Assembly (NCBI GenBank): GCA_043228905.1
Contig: JBHGNT010000004.1
Span: 17,918,001-17,982,000, forward strand
Length of the DNA stretch: 64,000 bases
From: Azolla caroliniana
Taxonomy: Eukaryota > Plantae > Polypodiophyta
Reading direction: 5' to 3'
Program-made: the position numbers and the translations under genes
Shown: in pieces, positions 38,135-51,075 of the stretch
Position numbering within the stretch: position 1 is the first letter of the stretch
Layout: each line of letters starts with the position of its first letter
Notes under the pieces: generated by a model
Told to the model about the DNA's origin: nothing
The model's database searches: none
The model's input: only the letters and a program-made list of their open reading frames with translations

Positions 38135-41100
38135 GTGTTCGAATATATGAGAGTGACAATGGTAGTAATCAAGGAGAGTGAGTTGTCATGTAGCAATTCT
38201 ATGTCTGAGAGGAGCAAGAGACAGGTGGTTCTTCACATAGTCTGTTATTTACTAGAACTAATTGAGAGATTTACCAAGGAATATTGTAGGGATATTATCT
38301 CTAGAGTGTTGCACCATCAACTTTTGAATGAGGTCATGGAGAATATTAAGTTTAGGGACCAATGTGTTTCAGAGGAGATTGTAGAGTCTATGAAGTCATC
38401 CATAAGAGAGCATAGATAAGCTTGGTGCAAAGAGAGTAGCCCTTCACATGGTTGTAAATGGTACAAGAAAAAAAAATATAGTGATACTAAAGTTGCCTTA
38501 GCCCTTGGTATTCAAAGAAGGAACTTGAGGAAGCATCGGACAAATATATAGTCAAATCATTTTAAGTGGTTGGGGTTAGGCCGTAGACGATGATGTGATG
38601 CCTTGTCTCATGAGATTATTGAGAAAGTGGATTCCTTTTGGGCAAAAAACATACATGTCTCACCAAATAAAAAAGATGTATGTAGACAACGTATAAGTCG
38701 GGGAAGGTACCAAATTCACCCAAGACACTTCTTAGAGATGACTGAGGTAATTCATTTTTTTATCTATTTGGTTTTAAATATTTTTCATTTACTAAAGGAT
38801 TCTATTAACATTAACTATTTATTTAGTGATGTAGGTTGAATTGTTCATGAGCTTCAAAGACCAACATCCTAACATCAATCTTGGATTTCACAAGTTCCAA
38901 GGTTTGAAACCGTTGTTTGTTAAAAAGTTAAAAGAGAGGAACACATGTTGTTGTGTGTACCACATTAAAACGGATATGTTAAGGCTTGTCCTGAACACTA
39001 TGCGTACTGATTCTAAGGGTATACATGGGGATGGGTGTGTTTGCACTTGTCAGGTATGTAGACCAAATGGGAGTGATAATAGATGTAATGCGCGAAACAT
39101 GACTTATGCATCAATTTCTGAGTTATGGAGGTCTTTTGTTTGTGAAAAACAACCATCATCTGAGTGGCATAATCGTACATGTCTTCTAAGAACATGTAAG
39201 GTTTGCCCACAACCAGTATTTTGTAGACAGGAGCTTGATGTAGATAATGGTCATATTGTGAAATGGAAATATTTAGAGTTTGTGACAAAAAATATAGGTA
39301 AGGGTCTCATTAGTAAGCGTATCAAGGAAGTATATAAGGAGACATGTGTTGCTACCCTTCTCTCAAAGTTTAAGAACCAAATGGGGAGTTCATTCCACAT
39401 AACTTTAGGAGTTATTGGCAAAATTCACAGTTCAAGGAATGTATAAATAACTTACCACTAGATGTTATGGTATCTGTTATTGACTTTGTAGAGAACTATA
39501 CGTTTAAAATCAAAATGAGGTTCAATCAATGCATTGGTACAATGACCAATGTACAATACTTGTACATATTTGCTACTAGAGAGAAGATGGTGAGTTACAT
39601 AAGAAATCAATATTCTACATTTTAGATGATAAAAAGCACGATACGCTATTTGTTCAACATTGTCTTAAGCTTCACCATGCAAATTTATTGTCCTTGGGTG
39701 TTAACTTTAATCGCCATTGGGTTGGTCTGATGGTGTTGCCTCACAATTTAAGGCGGCCCGGTCCTTCCACTTCATTGCAAGGTGAGGACATAATCCATAT
39801 GTTTGGTACTTATAAATGGAAGTCTATTTTAGTAATACTCTATAGTACTTATAAATGTTTGTATAAAATACAATTAGTAATTCTCCTACTACATGCACCA
39901 ATACTATCTTGAAATGTGAATCTGAACTGATTGGCCATTTAGTTCTCTCCTCCTAGAGTCACTAGTACTAATTATGGTAATAACCGTGTTAAGTAAACTT
40001 AATTTACAACTTAGTATTGTCCTCCTATGTGCACAAGTACTAATTAAGGTTCAGGCCTTGTAATGTATCCTTAATTTACAACACAATATTGTCCTCTCTA
40101 GTGCACATGCACAAGTACTGACTATGGTTTACAACTAAGTACTCAGATCCCGCATGCACAAGTACTAATTTATAACTTAGGATTGTCCTCTCTCATTAGT
40201 ACTAATTATTAACTTAGTACTATCCAACCATGTTCATTAGTACTAATTTATAACTTTGGACTGCCACTCGGCAAGCACGAGCACTAATTAATACTTAGCA
40301 TTGTCCTCTCTCATACATTTGTACTAATTAATAACTTAGTTGTATTCAACTTTGTTCATTAGTACTAATTTATAACTTAGGATTATCCTCTCTCATTCGT
40401 ACTAATTATTAACTTAGTACTATCCAACCATGTTCATTAGTACTAATTATTAGCTTACTACTGTCCACCTTTGTTCATTGACCAACTTATAACTTAGGAT
40501 TGTCCTCTCTCATGCATTAGTACTAATTTCATACTTAGTACTGTCCAACATTGTTCATTACGACCAACTTATAGCTTAGGATTGTTCTCCCTCATGCATT
40601 AGTACTAATTAATAACTTACCACTTCCATCTCTCGTCTATTAGTACTAATGTCGAACTTAGTACTATCCTCTCTCGTTCATTTGAACTAATTTGGGTCTT
40701 AGTATTGTCCTCTCTCGTGCATAAGTAATAATTATGGTTTAAGTTATGTAATTAACTGTGTTTGTTAGCTAACTGTCATGCAAAACACCCAAATACTTCT
40801 CATTGACAAACATTAGGATGCATTGGAACTACTTTGGGCTTGGACATGGAAAGGGAGAGCACGATGGCGCAGGGCCTATGATCAAGCGTGCTCTTACAAG
40901 TGAGCAATTGGATAATAAAGGTGCTAAGTTACAAAATGCACATGATGTTGTGGAGTGGCTCACATGGAAGATGTCAAATGATGGTAAGAATAGATTGTTT
41001 ATTGAGCTTCGTGCTAATGAGGTGGATAGGAGTAAATCATATGGTTGTAAAACTGTGAAAGGGACACGCAAGACCCATTGTGTTTTAGGGTTTAGTCGCA

Positions 41101-41676
41101 AGGACACGACACAATTGTTGTTCTGCAGTTTATCGTGCTTTTGTTCCATGTGTTTAGATGAAGCTTGGGATGAATGCACCAATCTATCAATTGTGGAGCC
41201 ATGGAAGCTACAAAAGCTTGAGATAGAATAATGTGTGGATATCCAAGGAAATGAACATTCAGACAATATTGTATACTACAACTAGTGTGAGGACTTGACA
41301 ATATTATTGGAAGTTGGAGATCATTTTGCGGTGTTCAAATCTCCTCAAAATGAAGATTTTGAAGACTACTACATTGTGGTGTGCAAGCAAGGAAATACAA
41401 TATTGGAAAAAGTCGTGAGGGATGGTTGGGGGAACATGTTCAGTGTTGTTGAGTCTGTCGTGTATGGCAACCACTATGCAAAGTTGTCACAATGCAAGAA
41501 CACATGCATTATTAAAAGATGCACCCACTGCAATAATCTATGTTGATGTCATTATCGCAATCAAGTTCACTATGACTCAAGCAAAGGACAAGGTTAAGGT
41601 ATACAACATTGTCTACAAAGTCCCCAAAGAGGTACACGAACACATATTGTGGGAGGTGTCCCTCTTTAATGCTTAG
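38135..41676 (+). pseudogene. Intron-containing Sola2-like DDD transposase, degenerate
   Basis: Motifs RNTCCCVYH, VIDFVENY, QNEVQSMHW, DDKKHDT, SDGVASQFK and WNYFGLGHGKGEHDG, spread across frameshifts. Introns 38747-38834 and 39782-~40785. Confidence 0.75.
39950..40735. repeat. AGTACT-rich ~40-bp tandem array in transposase intron
   Basis: Repeated TTAGTACTAATT(T)ATAACTTAG...TGTCCTCTC units. Confidence 0.85.
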
Positions 41677-41889
41677 AATGGCAAGCACTCTTCAAATGTA
41701 ACTTTCGCATGTATTCAAACTCTGACTTACAAATGGAAGGAAATATATCATCTTGGGTTTTCATATGTATCTTTTTGAATTATTATGAGTTTGCAATGAC
41801 AAATCTAATGATATCCCTCTTTGGTTTAGATATGTACGTTTCTTTTACATAAAGTGTCTAGGGCTTGTTAAAAAATATCTTTGGTTAGT

Positions 41890-42540
41890 ACTCAAACTGC
41901 GTTAAGTGTTTACTAACCTAGAGATATCCAAGTTAGGAGTGTTCATTCCAAGTTTTACTCATCTCATCACTGTCACACACATGTTAAAAGTGTGTGCCTA
42001 TAACTCTTTGGGAGTTCATATGTAACAAAGTTAGTTCAATGCATATCTAAAACTGTGTTAAGTGTTTGCTAACCTAGAGACATATCTAAGAGAGGAGTGT
42101 TCATTCCACTCATCACTCATCTTCTCACTGTCACATGTGTGCATAACAAGTAAACCAAAATAGTGTCAAGATGAGGGTAATCCATAACTTATCAATTACA
42201 AACAACCACCCAGATACAATAAACTTAGCACTTCATCATAAGAGATAGTAGACTACTGAGTGGCACTTCATCATCGGAGGTAGTAGACTACTAAGTGGCA
42301 CGAGATAGTAGACAATTGACTACAATGCATATCAAGTTAGTACTTAAATTGTGTTAACTGTTTACTAACCTAGACATATCTAAGATAGGAGTGTTCATTC
42401 CACTCATCTTCTCACAATCACATGTGTGCATAGCAAGTGTCAATGCGATCCACCACAAATATATGAGTTTGACCAATAGTATCAAATTTAGAGTCTAGAT
42501 AAGTAAACCAAAATAGTGCCAAGAAGTAGGTAATTAATAA
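41890..42540. repeat. Three diverged direct repeats (TGTTAAGTGTTTACTAACCTAGA...GGAGTGTTCATTCCA)
   Basis: Copies near 41895, 42050 and 42347. Confidence 0.75.
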
Positions 42541-45500
42541 CTTCGCATGTCGCAACCCAAGCTTCGAAGACGAGGTCGATTTGAAAGAAAAGAAGATAAT
42601 TACAAACGAGAAGATGTTTACAAGACAAAAATACAAGAATTTCTATTACCGGAAACCGAGATTACAAGGTTGCTAAAGGCTGGTGTTGAACCGGAATGGT
42701 TCAACATTAAGCAGATCTTTGACTTATATATTGTACATCAGAATGTGCATGATCACCATTTGGCATACATGTTGTGCGCCACTTGGCGTACAGGGTGCAT
42801 GCCATTTGGCGGTCATCTAATGTGTTTAGTGCTCTATAGTTCTTGAATAATAATAATATGAAAATGTATTTATTAATGAAAATGAGTTGGTGCAATGGTT
42901 GAAGTGTAAGACCATTGTTTGAAGGTCACAAGTTCAAACATTGATATTCACATTTTGTGACATCATCCCCTCCTTTGACGACGAGTTCCATGAGTCGCAA
43001 TGCATGAACTAGGTTTTGGTTTATGGGGATAACGAAGATGAAACTCTTGTATAAGTTCAGAGGCATTAGTGACGTTCATTGCAGGTTCCCATGTCTAATC
43101 CGCAGGCGTGTATCCAAGCCAATCTACTAGATAATATAACTTATTGTGGATGACCTTAGAGTCCAAAATAGCTTCTACTTCATATTCAAGTCCTTTAGCA
43201 ACTTGAACTGGAGGTGGTGGTGGGATAACCCGATTTTGAATAGAACTTGATGTCCATGGTTCTAATAATGAAACATGAAATATTGGATGAAGACACATAT
43301 GAGAAGGTAGGTCTAGATGAAATGCAACATCGTTGACTTGATGAGAGATTACAAATGGACCTAGACGTTGGAAATCCAATTTGGCACTTGGTCGAGTAAT
43401 TTTCACATTACGACGCAATAACCAGACACGATCACCAACTTTAAACTTAGGGTCTTCAAGTGAAGAATCTAAGCGATGTTTATCCGCCACCTTCTTGTAC
43501 TTGGCTTGAGCATGAAGCAAATTATGAGAAAGGTTGGTTTGAATTTCTTTGAGTTTTTCTAGACGATCTTTGACCATGGGATTGTTTGAGACTTTTGGAC
43601 ATTCGAGCATCATCTATTGAGGATGATATCCTGTGTTTGCAAAGAATGGAGTGAATCCCGTAGAAGAATGGATTGAATTATTGTAAGCAAATTCTACCAT
43701 ATGTAAGAAATCCATCCAATCATCTTGTTGATAGTTGATCAAGCAACGGAGATATTGTTTCTATTGTTTGATTTGTGCGTTCCGTTTGACCATCGGTTTG
43801 AGGATGGTAGCTTGAAGATAGTTTACGAGAAATTCCAAGGATCTCAAGCAAGTGTGTCCAAAACTTTGCAATAAATTGTGGTCCACGATCACTAATGATT
43901 TCATCTGGAAGGCCATGGTGCTTGAAAACTTCTCGCATAACAAGACTTGTCAATTCTTGACTAGTAAAAGTTTTTCTACATGGAAGAAAATGTGCCATTT
44001 TCTTAAAGCGATCCACCACTGTAAGAATTGCATCATAGCCTTGGGAAGATGGGAGATCTGTGATGAAATCGATAGAAATGGATTTCCACGAACCATCTGG
44101 AATGGGCAATGGGTGCAACAAACCATATGGCCAATGTCGAGGCATCTTTGATCGACAACATACATCACAAGTAGAAACATAGTCTATGAAAAATTGACGA
44201 ACCTGAGGCCACCCATAGTTTCGGGTAACTAGCTCCAATGTTTTCAAAACTCCGAAATGTCCAGCTAGTGGTGAATCATGGCAGTGATGCAAGACTTCAA
44301 GTCGAAAAGGTCAATCAGGAATATAAGTATGGTTGTTTCGAAAAAGCAACCCAACATGCCAACTGAAGTTCCCATAATCCATGCAAGAAATCTTGGAGCG
44401 TGAACAAGAAGCATGATCTGGAACAATGTGGTCTAAAATATCTTGTACAAAATCATCTGAACCAATGCTCGAGTGATTAGAATCCAGAAATTTTGAATCC
44501 AAAGTTGTCTCAGCAACATTTATCACCATTAATCGTAGACGACTAGGGCTCAAAAGGACTTGTTCTTGATTATCGTAAGTTGGGTCCCTCGGTTTTGGTG
44601 CAAAATAAGAGCGTCTTGATAAGGCATCAACTTTAGCTTGTTGTGTTCCTGGTCGATATGTTATCACAAAGTTGAACCGTGTTAGAAATTGTGCCCACCG
44701 AGCTTGTCGTCGATTTAGAACTCGAGCATTTTGAAAGTATGTGAGGTTTTTATGATCGTTGTAAACAAATAATTTGATGGGGAGAACCTTCCAAGAAGTG
44801 ACGCCATTGTTCGAAAGAATCAACAATTGCCAACAATTCTTTGTCATGGATTTCATAATTGATTTCTGCAGGTTCAAAATTTCTTGAATGAAATGCAACT
44901 GGATGTAATTTCTCATCATCCGTTACTTGCGATAGAACACTTCCTAGTGCAAAATCAGATGCATCTGCTTCTATGATAAACGGCTTTTTAAGGTCAACGT
45001 GGACCAAAATGGGAGCAGATGTAAATGCTTGCTTCAAGCTATCAAATGCATCAGCTGCGCTTGATGTCCATATAAATGGTCGGTTCTTCTATGTTAGTTC
45101 CGTGAGGGGCAAAACAACTTTTGTGTAACTCTTGATGAACTTGCGGTAGAAATTCGCGAATCCCAAGAAACATTGCAGATCACGAACTAAGCATGGTGTC
45201 TTCCAATCTAGAATTGTTTGTACTTTCGTTGGATCCATAAAAATACCTTTTGGAGAGACCATATACCCTAGAAACTCGACTTGATTGTGGTCAAAGCAAC
45301 ACTTCTCTAGTTTGGCATAAAGACCAAATTCCCATAATCGTTGTAGAACTTGTCGAACATGATTATTATGCTTCTCTTGTGTCTTTGAGTAGATTAGTAT
45401 GTCATCCAAGTAAATTATCGTGAAGATATCGAGGAAATCTCGAAAGATATCATTTGCCATATGTTGGAAAACTGTTGGAGCATTTGTAAGCCCAAATGGC

Positions 45501-46567
45501 ATTATTGTGTACTCGAAGCGACCATATCGTGTGCGAAAAGCAATTTTCCATTCATCACTAGGTCGAATATGAACAAGGTTGTAAGCTCCTCGTAAGTCTA
45601 GCCTTGTGAACTATAAGGCCCCATTGAGACGTTCCAAGAGATTTGGAATCAATGGTAGACCATATCGATTTCAAATCATAACCTTGTCCAAGCCTTGATA
45701 GTCTACGACCAAACATAAAGAGCCATCTTTCTTCTTAACAAAAAAAATAAGAGCGCCAGCAGGAGATCCGGAATGTCAAATAAAGCCATTTGAAAGATTC
45801 TCATCAATATATTCTCAAAGAACTTTCAATTCTGATGGCGAAAGGTTATAAATTGGTCCCCATGGTGGTTCCTTCTCAGCATGCAAATCAATGGGACAAT
45901 CATATGGGCAATGATCAGGAAGTGTTGTGGCATTTACCTTATCAAACACATCGGAAAATTCTTGATACTTTGATGGCAAATGGACCTCTGAATCTTGTGG
46001 GTTTGAGCATGGGGTTATGACCACTACAAACACAAACATATCTTCTATTGTAGCTTCTTTATGTAATCTTTTGAGAGAGATAGTTGATATATGTCTTGGT
46101 GTTAGCTTTGAGGTTGATGTGGTGATGAGCCTTAAAGTGTTGTCTCGTGAGTCTATGATTTCCCACTTCTTCCAATCAATCTTTGGATTATGAAGTGCAA
46201 ACCACGACAACCCAAGAAAATTTGGATGTTCGAGACTTCTTATGATATTAAAAGATATTACAATAGCTAAATTACCAAGAACTACACGAATAGGCTCTTA
46301 TTCTTCAGTAATATCTCGTGATGCAAAAGAATGTCCATCAATTACTGCTACTAATGCTAGACAAGGAAGCTTATAGAGTAGAATTTCTTGTGTTGTGGCA
46401 AAATCTTGATCCATGAAACATGAGTTGGCTCCTGAATCCAAGAGCGCAGATGCAAGAACTTGATGACATCTTGATGTGCTGAGTTGAACTTGCGCTGTGA
46501 AAACTTCCCTAACTCGATTCGATGAAATGGAACCTAAGCTCAGAACAAGTTCTATATGCTTTGGTTG

Positions 46568-46612
46568 GTCCAACCAAATGGCTCCGATTTTGGCTAGACT
46601 TACTTGTTTAAC
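46568..46612 (-). promoter_or_regulatory. Putative -1 ribosomal frameshift signal at the gag-pol junction
   Basis: Slippery G-TTA-AAC at 46612-46606, 6-nt spacer, 11-bp stem (46599-46589 with 46578-46568). The protease ORF is in the -1 frame. Confidence 0.7.
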
Positions 46613-47784
46613 AACTCATCTAGTTGGCTTAGAACATCAAAACTATTGGAGTGAGGGTTGTTGACAAGAGTTCTTGGTTTATTGGCTTTGACTGGAGAAC
46701 ATGAATCAAAATTCTCAATAGCACTTACTTGATTTAATTGTCTCTTTGGTCGATGTGAACAATGTATTGCTATATGTCTTGGACCACCATAGTATAGGCA
46801 AAGTCGATTTGCTCGACGTCGTTGTTTCTCGGCTTCGGACAAAGGACCTCGACGACATGTTGCATCAATCTCCATTGGAGTAGGTCCATTAAAATAATTA
46901 GGATTAGGAACTTGCATTGGTCCTAAAGGTGGTGAGGCTAATGTTGAAGCATATGTTTGCACAGATCTAAGGCGTGTCGACGTTTGTTGGCGCTCATAAC
47001 GTATTTCGAACAAACGATTGTCACATCGAACTGCACGGCTAATAGCTTCTGTCAGTGATTTGGATTCATAATGAAATGTTAAGAGCGAGTCTTTAACATC
47101 ATTACACAAACCATGCCAAAACAAGTCCATCATCGCTACTTCATCCCAAGGGATATCACAAGCAAGAAGACGCAAATCAGTTGCGTAAGCTGAGGCTGGC
47201 CGATCTCCTTGGCGCAACCTATGTATCTTGTTTATTGTTGTTCTTACACCATCAGTATCACCAAAACTAGCTTGGAATTCGTTGATAATGGTATCAAAGT
47301 TTTCTAGTATTGGGGATTTCTTCTCTAGCAATGGTGCAAACCATGCTAGTGCGGTTCCTGTCAATAATGTTCCAACTAACCCCACTCGAGCTACGTCAGT
47401 TGGATATCAGTTGGGATGCATATGAATTATAAGGCGTACCTGATTTAAGAATCCTCGGAATTGAGATCTTGTACCGTCAAATTTTGTTGGTAAACTAATT
47501 TTGGGTTCTTTCAACAAACTTTGAGAGGTTGGAGCTTGTTGTCAAAGAGATAACACGATAGCTTCAAGTTGTTGGACACGTTTCGAGAGTTCCTCATGTT
47601 GTTGTGCCTTTTCAACACTCACTTGTTGCAAGTCACCAAGAAGCTTATGATTCTCTTGTTCCAATGCAACAATTTTTGTTGCTAGGAGGTCAAGTTCTGA
47701 GAGAATACGCATATACTCTTGTTTATTGACGGTCTCCATTGTGACGGAAAAACTTCACTAGATACTCGAGAAAAAAAATGTGGG

Positions 47785-47796
47785 ATTCCGGTTCAA
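47785..47796 (-). other. Self-priming (Tf1-type) PBS
   Basis: Minus strand TTGAACCGGAAT is the exact complement of LTR sequence 47948-47937, which starts 33 nt after the first base of TATATAA. Confidence 0.8.
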
Positions 47797-48131
47797 ACTA
47801 TCGCGACCCAAGCTTCGAAGACGAGGTCGATTTTGAAGAAAAGAAGATAATAACAAAGGACAAGACGTTTACAAGACAAAAATACAAGAATTTCTATTAC
47901 CGGAAACCAAGATTACAAGGTTGCTGAAGACTGGTGTTGAACCGGAATGGTTCAACACTAAGCAAATCTTCGACTTATATACTGTACATTAGAATGTGCA
48001 TGATCGCCATTTGGCATACATGTTGTGCACCACTTGGCATACAGGGTGCATGCCATTTGGCGGTCATCTAATGTGTTTAGTGCTCTATAGTTCTTGAATA
48101 ATAATAATATGAAAATGTATTTATTAATGAA

Positions 48132-48203
48132 AGTGAATTGGTGCAATGGTTAAAGTGTAAGACCATTGTTCGAAGGGCACAAGTTCAAACCTTGATGTTA
48201 ACA
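48132..48203 (+). other. Degenerate tRNA-like module at the start of the chromovirus LTR (second copy ~42881-42952)
   Basis: A box TGGTGCAATGG, T arm CAAG-TTCAAAC-CTTG, acceptor-like GTGAAT/ATTCAC in the two-LTR consensus, followed by TTTT. Confidence 0.6.
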
Positions 48204-48266
48204 TTTTGTGACATCGCATTCGGTAATCAATTACAGACAACAATCTAAATACAATAAACTTTGGTT

Positions 48267-49860
48267 TTAGTTTTTTTTGGATCTTGTAATGCGCCTATTT
48301 TTTGTTTCATTCTTCTCAAATTTCACACCCTTCTTCATCTTAAAGCCGCGAGGTAGTAAACTACTTAGTGGAAATTCATCATCGGAGGGTGAAGCCAAGC
48401 TTGAGGGAATAGTGTGCTCTATTGCAACTGTCTGAGATACACACACTTCCAAGAAGATGCGGTCGATAGTCTTACCATTAATCTCCTGGAAGTCATTGGA
48501 CACCTCATTCTACAATTTTCCCATCTCCTCTTCATGGGTAGAACCGGTGTTCTGCACTAACACTTTATTAGGAGTACAAACATGTTCCTCTTCTTCGGTG
48601 GTTGTCGTCTTCATTGCAAACTCCTCGTTGATGATGCTAGACACTTGCTCCAAGTGTAGGCTACTTGCAGTGTTTTGGTAAGACACTTCATTCATAGTAC
48701 CACCTTGTTCTTCTTCTTGGGTAGTTGCTACAGTCTCCTTAATGATACAATCTTGCCCTAGGTTAAGGCTACTTGTGGTGTTTTGGACACACACCTCATT
48801 CTTTGTACAACCATTATCCTCTCCTTGGGTCAAGTTCACATTCCCTACAGACTCCTCATATAAGTTGCTTGTCACCTCATTCTTTGTCCACTCCAGCTCC
48901 TCTTTTTGGGTGATTTCACATTCCTCATGTGTGGTAGCATCTGAGCCTAAATAATCAAGATTGCTCCATAAACTGCCTGAATCATCTAATGGTATTTGGG
49001 AATCTCCATGTTCTTCTACTCCTAAATAAAATAGAGGGATGCAAGAACAATATCAATTCACATTCTGAAAAAATGAAGGCACCTAGCCAAATGTTTAAGG
49101 CTAAGGAAGAAATGCTTACCTACTGTTACATCTTCATCCTGATCTTTTGCAGATGAGTCTTTGCAGATGATTGTGTTTGTCATGTGTTGCAAGACCTGGT
49201 TTGCATTGGCATCACAGTCATCATTATTGTTTGGGATGGTGCCAGTCTCAGGTTGGGGCTCTTCATCATGCCATGATTTCACAACACTCTTATATATTAA
49301 TACACTTGTACATTATTGTCAAGTGAAGTAATATGGCCAAAATAACTATTAGATGAGAGGGCTCCCAACATGTACCTGGAAGTGAGATAATTTCTTCTTC
49401 ATATTGTGGCTCTGAATCGGTATCTCCATTTTCATTAATCTTTTCTTCCTTGTCTAAAAACAAAATTACGTGGTATTAGTCTAACTCATTAACTTTACAA
49501 CACCATACAATTTCCTTGCAGCATTACGCTTCTTTGTAGGCTCTTTGATAGAAACATAAGAAATTAGTAGTATACCAATATTTCAGAAATTAGAAGTGCA
49601 AACACAATTAGCATTACCATTCACACAGTTAGGGCACGCCGAGCTAGGAGAATTTGTTTGAAGCAACACATCTTCAATTGTTCCAATGGCCCTTCTCATA
49701 CATTCGTCTTCATCATAAATTTCATTAGGTACATCTAAGGAATGACCGTGGACTTTGGAATTTGCAGCAGACTCTATACGTAGTATCGCGAGGCCTGGTT
49801 TGTCAATTACCTTCCCTGGTGTGGTGTTGCTAGATACTACAACATTCATATTATAAGAGT
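48267..49860 (-). pseudogene. Multi-exon acidic/low-complexity accessory gene of the Sola2-like element, function unknown
   Basis: Chain of E/T/N-rich minus-strand ORFs (48267-48503, 48510-48875, 49058-49282, 49583-49860) separated by short GT-AG-like gaps. Basic C-terminus (KNRRITRSKKN). Confidence 0.5.
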
Positions 49861-49889
49861 ACATATTATAACATGAGTCCAATATTGCA

Positions 49890-51075
49890 AATATTATTAG
49901 TACTGAATCAAGTGGACATTTAAGACATTCAGTATTAAATAATGCACCCTTATTCAACTGATCATGAAGGAATACATTATAATCACTAATCAATAATGTT
50001 AGTACTAAACAACCAATACCTTCATGTGGTGTTGTTCGGTCATGTAGAGCCTAAGTAAGGTGGACACAAAACATACAATGTAATAAACAATTTAGTACTA
50101 ATACAAGTAGTCCAGTGGACATTTAAGACCTTCAGTACTAAATAATCAGTACTTAATCAAGTGATCACCAAGAAATACAATGTAATCAATATTGTTTGTA
50201 CTTAATCAACAAAAATGAGACTTGAGGGCACAGTACTAAACCATATGGACATGCAATCGATATTTCATGTGGTAATGAACAATGTTAGTACTAAACAGCC
50301 AAGACCTTCATGTGGTGTTGTTCGGTCATGCAAAACCTAAGTCAAGTGAATAGAAAACGTACAATGTAATGATCATAACAGTACTAATACAAGTTATACA
50401 ACTAGACATTTAAGACCTTCTGTACTAAATAATCCTTATTGAATCAATTGATCACCAAGGAATACAATATAATCAATAATGTTAGTACTTAATCAACAAA
50501 AAGGGACTTCAGGACACAGTACTGAACCATTTGGACATGCAGTCGATATTTCATGTGGTAATGAACAATGTTAGTACTAAACAGCCAAGACGTTCATGTG
50601 GTGTTGTTCGGTCATGCAAAACCTAAGTCAAGTGAATAGAAAACATACAATGTAATGAACAATTTAGTACTAATACAAGTTATACAACTAAACATTTAAG
50701 ACCTTCAGTACTAAATCAACTGGTCACTAAGGAATACAATGTAATCAGTAATGTTAGTACTGAATCAACAACTTAGGAACTTAAAGGAATAGTACTGAAC
50801 CACCTGGACATGCATATTTCATGTGGTAATGAACAATGTCAGTACTAAACAGCCAAGACCTTCATGCCTATTTGTTCGGTCATGCAAAGCCTAAGCCAAG
50901 TGGACACAAAAAGTACAATGCAATAAACAATGTTAGTACTAATACAAGTTATACAACTAAACATTTAAGATCTTTAATACTAAATAATCCGCACTAAATC
51001 AACTGATCACCAAGGATTACAATGTAATCAGTAATGTTAGTACTGAATCATGAAAAAAGGATCTTGAGGGAACAA
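49890..51075. repeat. AGTACT-rich ~250-290 bp tandem array
   Basis: About 4 units, each with AATGTTAGTACTAAACAGCCAAGACCTTCATG and several TAGTACT motifs. Confidence 0.85.

Larger units (their letters stand above)
42548..48213 (-). mobile_element. Ty3/Gypsy chromovirus (Tcn1/Tf1-sushi-like), complete structure, ORFs degenerate
   Basis: 415-bp LTRs at 42548-42962 and 47799-48213. Perfect TSD TCGCA. gag, protease (LLDSGAN), RT (YLDDILIYS), RNase H (EADASDFA), integrase (HHCC, SDRGPQF, GPF), chromodomain (EYEVEAIL..YLVDWLGY). PPT 42963-42976. Confidence 0.96.

Noticed and set aside
39950-40735. Link between AGTACT (ScaI site, a 4mC target in bacteria) and the transposon methyltransferase
   Set aside because: The arrays are in a different element from the MTase, and nothing in the sequence indicates the enzyme's specificity.
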